NCBI GenBank assembly: GCA_014905635.1
Contig: JABVCE010000007.1
Coordinates: 744,001-808,000 of the forward strand
DNA length: 64,000 nucleotides
DNA from: Scenedesmus sp. PABB004
Lineage: Eukaryota
Direction of reading: 5' to 3'
How positions within the stretch are numbered: the first letter of the stretch is position 1; every line of letters starts with the position of its first letter. Made by a program: the position numbers and the translations under genes. The notes under the pieces were generated by a model that saw only the letters and a list, made by a program, of their open reading frames with translations, was not told the DNA's origin and did not search any database. Positions 57,866-64,000 of this stretch are shown piece by piece.

Positions 57866-59986
57866 TCAGCGCGTCTCAGCGCTCCCCAGCGCCGCCAGCG
57901 CGGCGCGGCAGTGCTCCGCGCAGCGCGCCAGCGCGCGCTTGTGTCCGGCGCGCCATCGCACCGCGAGCAGCAGGCACTCCGCCTCGTGCTCGGCCTGCTC
58001 TGCCGCCTGCCGCTGCTCGGTGCTCTGTACTGGCGTCGCCACGCCCGCCGCGCCGCCGCCGCCGCCGCCAGCGCCGCCGCCTCTGCCTCGTCCGCGGCCA
58101 GCGACGTCGGCAGCGCCGCGAGCTGCGCCTCGCACGCGCCCGCGAGCGCAGTCAGGGCCGCCCGCTCGCTGGGCGCGGAGATGGGCTCGCCGCTAGCCGC
58201 CAGGTGGCCGCCGGCCTTGAGCTCCGCGGGCGTCGCGGCGGCGCGCCTGTGAGCGAGCGAGAGCCGGCGCGCGTGAGCCAGGGCGGGCGGGCGCACGCGC
58301 GAGCGCGGCAGGCCGCTGCGTATCGCCTCTCGCCCGCCCACCTGAGCGCGCTCAGCAGCTGCCACGAGGGCTGGCCGCCCGCGTGCACGCAGCAGTCGGC
58401 CGCCGCCACGTCCAGCTCCGGCAGCGGCGCCGCGGCCGCCGCCGCGGCCGCCGCAGCGGGCGAGCGCCCGGCCGTGCGGCGCCACTGGCGCGCGCCCTGC
58501 ACGCGCTGCGCCGCGGCCGCCAGCGCGGCCGCCAGCGCGCGCTGGAGCAGCTCGACCGGCAGCTCCGCGGTGTCGTGGGGGTTGTCGGCCAGCACAAAGC
58601 CATAAAACTGCAGCAGCTTGAGGTTTGAGTGGTCGCCGTAGCTCAGATACACCTGCTCCCCGGGCTGGTAGCTGCGTTGCCGGCGCGCAGGCGGGCGGCG
58701 GCTGAGTGTGCGCGCGCGATTGCCAGCTGCCCGCGCCCGCGCGCGCGGCGTGCCCTGCTCGCCGGCCGGCCGCACCTCCGCCGGGCGACGATTCTGTACA
58801 CGCCTGCCGCCGCGTCGTAGTGCCCGTCGCCGTGCAGGCCGTCGCCGCCGGCGGCGCCCGCTTCGCCGCCGCCGGCGTCGTCGTCGTCCGTTTTGCTGCC
58901 GCCGCCGCCGCCGCCACCGCTGCTGCCGCTGCTGCCGCCAGGGCTTTCGCCGCCGCCGCCGCCGCCGCCTCGACCGCCGCAGGCGGCGTCCGCGGGGCGG
59001 CCGCCGCGCTCCGGCGCACCCGCGCGCTGCCCCGGCGGTGCCTCGCGCTCCGCCGCCGCCGCCAGTGCGCGCGCGCCCGCGGCCACGTTGGGCGCAAACG
59101 GCGGCGGCGGCGGCGCGTGGTTGTGCAGGTCGGCCAGCGGCGTGAGGCAGCCGCACGGCGGGTCGTCCGGGTGATACATGGTGCGGCTGAGCACCGTGGA
59201 CGCCGCCCACGCCCAGGCGCGCCAGCTCGCCCACTTGCGCGGCAGGCCTGCGCGGCGGAGGCGGCGGCGTGCTGCGGCGGCCCGCTGCGCTGCGGGCGGC
59301 GCGACGGCCTCGCCGCGCCGCGGCCCGCGCCGTGCGCCCGCCGCCCCTGGCCGCACCTAGCTCCTGCAGCGCCGGCCGCGCGGCCACCCACTCGGACCGC
59401 GCCACGTCGGCCGCGGCGCGCGCGGCGCGACCGCGTGCGGCGCCTGCAGCGCCGCGGCGGCGCGCTCGCTCCAGGTCAGCAGCGTGGCGTATCGCAGCGG
59501 CAGCTGGCGAAGGTACGGCGCCCAGAACGAGTCGGCGCCCCTGGCCGCCTCGCGGAGCAGGTGCAGCTCGAGGACCTGCGGCCGCGCCGCGCCGCACGCG
59601 TGAGCTGCTGCGCCGCCTGCCGCCGCGCTCTCCGCCGGCAAAGCCGCCCCCCCCCCTCCTCACGCGCAGCAGCGCACCTGGTGGCTGCTCAGCTGGTGGC
59701 GGCCCAGCACCGCCGCCAGCGCAGGGTCGCGCGCGGCCGCGGACGGCGCGCAGAGCAGCAGCGCCGCCGGCACCTCCATCAGCGCGTCGCCCTCCGCCAC
59801 GCGCGCGGTCGCCGCCACGCCGCGCCAGCCGTCGGCCACGAGCGCGGGCGCGACGCGCGGCGCGCGCACGCCGTGCGCCGCGCACCAGGCCAGGAACGCC
59901 GGGTCCGCCGCCGCCGCCGCGCCGGCGGCGGCTGGCGCACGCGGCGGCGGCTCCGGCGGCGGCGGCGCCGGCGGCGGCGCTGCCAT
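57866..59986 (-). CDS. SET-domain protein-lysine methyltransferase (Rubisco LSMT/SETD4-like)
   Basis: FLAWCAAHG..GWRGVAAT..LMEVP; SFWAPYLRQLP; WAWAASTVLSRT; LTPLADLHNH; GEQVYLSYGDHSNLKLLQFYGFVLADNPHD. Confidence 0.9.
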
Positions 59987-60195
59987 GTGTGTGCGCCGGC
60001 GCGCGCCGCCGGCCTGGCGGTGGTGATGAATGACCTCGGTGGAGGAAGTGGGTGCACCAGCGCGCGCCGCGGAGCACGCTGCCGCCCCGACGGCGCGCCG
60101 GTCGTCAGCGCCCGCCGTCAGCTCTGGCTCAACATGTTCTTCCCCGAGGCCCACCTCCCATTCGCTCCTGCTCTGGATGTGGTCCTCCGCGCCCA

Positions 60196-60228
<33 letters not shown>

Positions 60229-60367
60229 ACCGTTGCCGCTGCTGCTGCGACCGCGCCGCGGCGGCGCGCCCAGCCTCCCCTGCGGCCCGTCGCGCGCGTC
60301 TGGTGACAGCCTTGCGGCAGCCGCGCGCGCTTCCCGGAGGCGGCGGCGCCTGGGCGCGGCAGCAGCG

Positions 60368-61690
60368 ATGGCGAAGCTCATGAAGGTGCGTCGCCGCGCA
60401 GCCGTGCAGCCGGGACGGCTCGCGCCGCCGCCCAGGCGCCCGCGCCTCAGCGGCTGCACGCTCGGCGCAGATGCTGCAGCCGCTGCAGAGCGACTACGTG
60501 GACCGCCGCTTCGACGGCACCAAGGCGCGCCGCCGCTGGTCGCCGCCGCCCCGCGCCCGCCGGCGCCACCGCTCGGCCGGCCGCCACCGACCGGCGCCGT
60601 GTCGTCGCCGCGCGCAGGAGGAGTACTTTGAGCAGCTGGAGAAGAGCAGCACGCTCTACATCGGCAACCTCTCCTTCTACACCACCGAGGACCAGGCGCG
60701 CGCCCCTGCGCCGCTGCACGCGCGCACACGCCGCCGCCGCGCTTGCGGTCGCCGCACGCAGCTTGCCGCCTGCCGCGTGCACACGCCGCCCGCCGCGCCG
60801 CGGCCGCAGGTCTACGAGCTCTTTGGCAAGGTCGGCCCCGTGGCGCGCGTGATCATGGGCCTCGACCGCAACACCAAGACGCCGTGCGGGTTCTGCTTCG
60901 TGACGTACCACACGCGCGCCGCCGCGCTCGCGGCCGTGCGCGCGCTCAACGGCACCAAGCTCGACGGCCGCGCGCTGCGCGCCGACATTGACTACGGCTT
61001 CGAGGAGGGCCGCCAGTTTGGCCGCGGGCGCAGCGGCGGGCAGGTGCGGCGCGGCCGCTGGGCCTGCGCCGCCGCCCTGCCGGGGCGCGCCGCCGCTGGG
61101 CCCACGCCGCCGCTGGCCGCTGACGGCGCGCGGGCCCCGCTAACTGACGCTGTGCCCGCCCGGGCGGCGTCCCGCAGGTGCGCGACGAGTTTCGCACCGA
61201 CTATGACGCCGAGCGCGGCGGCTACGGCCGCGCCGTCGCGCAGCAGCTCGCGGCGTCGCAGCTCGCGATGTGGGCCGAGGTGCAGGCCGGCGCGGGCATG
61301 GGCGCGGCGCCGCTGCTCGACGGCCCCGGCGGCGGCGTCTTCTTTGGCCAGGCACAGCGCGCCGCGGGCGGCCGCCCCGCGGCGGCGGGCGGCGAGCCCG
61401 GCGGCGAGGGGGAGCAGGAGCAGCAGCCGCTCGAGCCCGCGCCCGACGGCGACGCGGGCGCGGAGGAGGAGGAGGACGGCGGCGGCGGCGCGGCGGCCAA
61501 CCCGCGGCTGCGCGGCCGCGGCGGCGCGGCGGACGACGAGGACGACGAGGCGGGCTTTGAGGAGCAGCTGCGCCGCAAGCGGCAACGCACAGGGCCGGGG
61601 CCGGCGGCGCCGGACGGCGCCGCCGAGCAGCCGCAGCCGGACGCGGAGCCGGACGCCGCGGCGGCCGAGGGGGTGGAGGAGATGTTGTGA
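60368..61690 (+). CDS. CBP20: Nuclear cap-binding protein subunit 2, 5 exons
   Basis: [74 protein letters not shown]. Confidence 0.96.
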
Positions 61691-62085
61691 GGCGGCAGCC
61701 GCCTGCACGCCGCGCGCTGGTCAGCTGGGCCGGTCGGCGGGCAACGGATCGCAGCACGAGCTCGAGCGCAGCGCTGCGCACAACTGTTACGCGCGCCGCG
61801 CGTGCAGCACGGGCAGGGCGCCGCCGCCTGCGGCCGGCCCTGCGCCCTCAACTCTTGAATGCGCCCTCCCGGCAGACGCGACCGCCGCCCCGTGCTGCAG
61901 CTCGCGCAAAGGCGCAGCGCGCAGCCAGCACGCCACGCTGGTGGGTGCCCCAAGCCGCCACGCCGCGAGCGCCGTAAATCCAATGCGTCTGCGGGCTCCG
62001 CCCCGATCCACAAAACGCTGCGCTCGGTGCGCCCGCTGCTGCGGCGGCTGGCTGGCTGCAGCTGCAGCCGCCGCGCGCGCCGCGC

Positions 62086-62978
62086 TCAGGAGGAGCTGGT
62101 GCTGCTGCCGCCGAACGCGGGCTCGCGCGCCGACTCGCTGCCGCCCAGCGCCGACCGGGCCGCGCGGCTGACCAGGCGCTGCGCGTGCCGCATCTTCTCC
62201 TCCCACTGCTCAAAGAGGGCCATCTCAACCTCCAGCGGGCTGGGGGCCGCGCCGCCGCCTGGGGCGACCGCGTGCGCCGCCGGCGCCGCCTCCGGATCCG
62301 CGCCGCCGCCGGGCTGCGCGCCGCCGGCCGGCGGGGTGGGTGCCGGGCGCCCGCCCTCGCCGCTGCCGGCGCTGTGGATGCTGCCCCCGCTGACGCCGCT
62401 GTCGGCGCCACCCAGCGCCCCGCTGCTGGGCGTGGCCTGCGCCGCCGGCGTGCCGTCGAGCAGCGCCTGCAGCGCCAGCGCCGCGGCGGCCTGGCCGCCG
62501 CTGGGCTGGGCCGGGCTTGCCGGCGCGGGCGTCGGGCCAGGCGCGGCGGGCAGGGCAGACGCGGAGCCGCCGGCGCCGCCACCGCCGCCGGGCCCGCCCC
62601 CGCCCTCACACGCCCCCAGTGCGTCCGCCAGGGCCGCCACCTCCGCCTCGCTCAGGCCCGCCAGCAGCTCCATCGCTGCCTCGTGCGCCGGCGGCGCCGG
62701 CGGCACGAGCGCGAGCGCGGGCGCGGGCACAGGCACGAGTGCGGGCGCGGGCGCGAGCGGCAGCAGGGGCTGGGCCGGCAGCGGCGGGGGCACAGCCAGC
62801 CCTGCACCGCCGGCCAGGGCCGCCAGCGCGCCAGGCAGGGCTCCCGCGGGCGGCGCGAGCGCGAGTGGCGCCTCCGCTGCCGCCACCGCCGGGCCCAGCA
62901 GCAACGCGAACAGGTTGGCGCGCTGCCGCGCCTGCTGCTCCTGCTGCAGGCGCTGCTGCAGGCGCTGCTGCAGCTGCA

Positions 62979-63019
<41 letters not shown>

Positions 63020-64000
63020 AGCTGCTGCTGCTGCTGCAGCTGCTGCTGCTGCTGCATGTACTGCAGAAGGAGCGGCAGCGAGCCCCCGCCGGCACCCGGG
63101 GCTGGCGGCAGGTGCGGCGCCGCCACGGCGCCCGCGCCCTGGGGCGCGGCGCCGCTGCCGCCAGACGCCATCAGCCCGGTGAGCGCGCCCAGGCCCGGCC
63201 CGCCGCCGCCGCCCGGCAGCAGCCGCCCAGGCGCGGCGGCGGCCGGCGCCCCGGGCACAAAGATGTTCGCGCACTGGGCCACAAAGTGCAGCGCCCGGTC
63301 GGGCGCGAGGCCGTCCCTGACGAGCTGAGCCACGATGTCGGGCGCGTCGCCCGCGGCCGGCATCAGCGCGGCCGTCATGGCCACAACGGCCGCCGCCTGG
63401 TCGGCCGCCGCCTGGTCGGCCGCCGCCGCGGCCGCCGCCTCGGCCTCAGCCTCGGCCTGCTCCGCCGCCTCGGCCGCCGCCACCGCCTCGGCCGCCGCCG
63501 CCGCCGCCGCCTGGCGCTCCGCCTCGACCGCCGTGATAAAGCGGCCGTGCGCGTCGCGCCGCAGCTCCTGCGCCTTGCTGCGCCCGCGCCCGCGCCCGCG
63601 CCCACGGCGCTGGCCGCCGGGTGCGCCCGCCGCGCGACCGCACTCGCCGGCGCCGGGCTCGCGTCCGAAGCTGGCAAAGCAGGCGGCCTCCTCCTGCTCC
63701 TGGTCAGCGCGCTGCTCCATGTCCCTGGACTGGCCCTCACTCTCAATGCGCTCGCGGCGCATCGCCTGCAGCACCTCGGCGACCTCCGCGTCCGCCTCGG
63801 TGTCCGCCTCGGCGTCCGCCTCGGTGACCGCCTCAGCCGACTCTGTGCCGCCCGCGGCGCGGCCGGGCGGCGGGGCCGCGCCGCCCTGCCGCGGCGAGCC
63901 GTCGGACGCCGCCGCGGCCGCTGGGGCGGCCACCGGCTCCTCGCCGCCGGCGCCGCCCGACGGCTGGGGCTGCTCGGTGGCGCTCGCCGCGCCGGCCGGG
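62086..64000 (-). CDS. 3' part of a low-complexity (Ala/Glu, poly-Gln) protein, possibly nuclear; 5' end outside window
   Basis: Long coherent frame with an acidic helix, [21 protein letters not shown], a poly-Q tract and a Pro/Ala-rich region. No family recognised. Confidence 0.55.
62940..63055 (-). repeat. (CAG)n-rich coding tract (poly-Gln)
   Basis: Read directly from the sequence. Confidence 0.9.

Noticed and set aside
1..64000. Hundreds of long overlapping Arg/Ala/Pro/Gly-rich ORFs in the six-frame track
   Set aside because: Expected when stop codons are rare at ~80% GC. They lack recognisable motifs and are shadows or intron read-through of the spliced genes.
1..64000. Bacterial origin or operons, suggested by high GC and FabF-, TatA-, TylF- and aqualysin-like genes
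   Set aside because: All of these genes carry spliceosomal introns and targeting peptides and sit among CBP20, TMA7 and CDPK.
1..64000. CRISPR array, rRNA or tRNA genes
   Set aside because: No repeat-spacer periodicity or recognisable structural RNA motifs by eye; a covariance-model search was not possible.

Overview
Eukaryotic nuclear DNA, extremely GC-rich (about 78-80% by eye), gene-dense and intron-rich. Gene content (plastid Tat subunit Tha4/TatA with transit peptide, CDPK, AP2 factor, algal expansin-like protein) and intron style point to a chlorophyte green alga, probably Sphaeropleales-like (inference). Most long ORFs in the six-frame track are GC-rich noise, so I rebuilt genes by hand from exons and splice sites. 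About 20 genes: beta-propeller/2OG-Fe hydroxylase fusion, S8 subtilisin, EI24, a Cys-rich fragment, AP2, two tandem dirigent/AOC-barrel-like paralogs, a 9.5-kb RCC1/TPR gene plus a pseudogenic copy of its 3' end, HAD-IIA phosphatase, TatA, a RING-NZF-PUF-like-NZF protein, mtKAS, TMEM199, TMA7, DUF4536, expansin-like, TylF methyltransferase, CDPK, GT61, SET/LSMT, CBP20 and a partial low-complexity gene. Most notable: (1) an A-B-B-A duplication at 12.9-21.1 kb carrying two secreted dirigent/AOC-like genes with near-identical flanks, strongly diverged barrel exons and a GTAC-containing promoter palindrome; (2) a very high fraction of GC-AG introns, plus candidate ~32-nt mini-introns; (3) a candidate bicistronic TMA7-DUF4536 locus; (4) a membrane-anchored TylF methyltransferase head-to-head with an expansin-like gene. 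No rRNA, tRNA, CRISPR or transposase was recognised. No database searches were run; family calls rest on recognised motifs.
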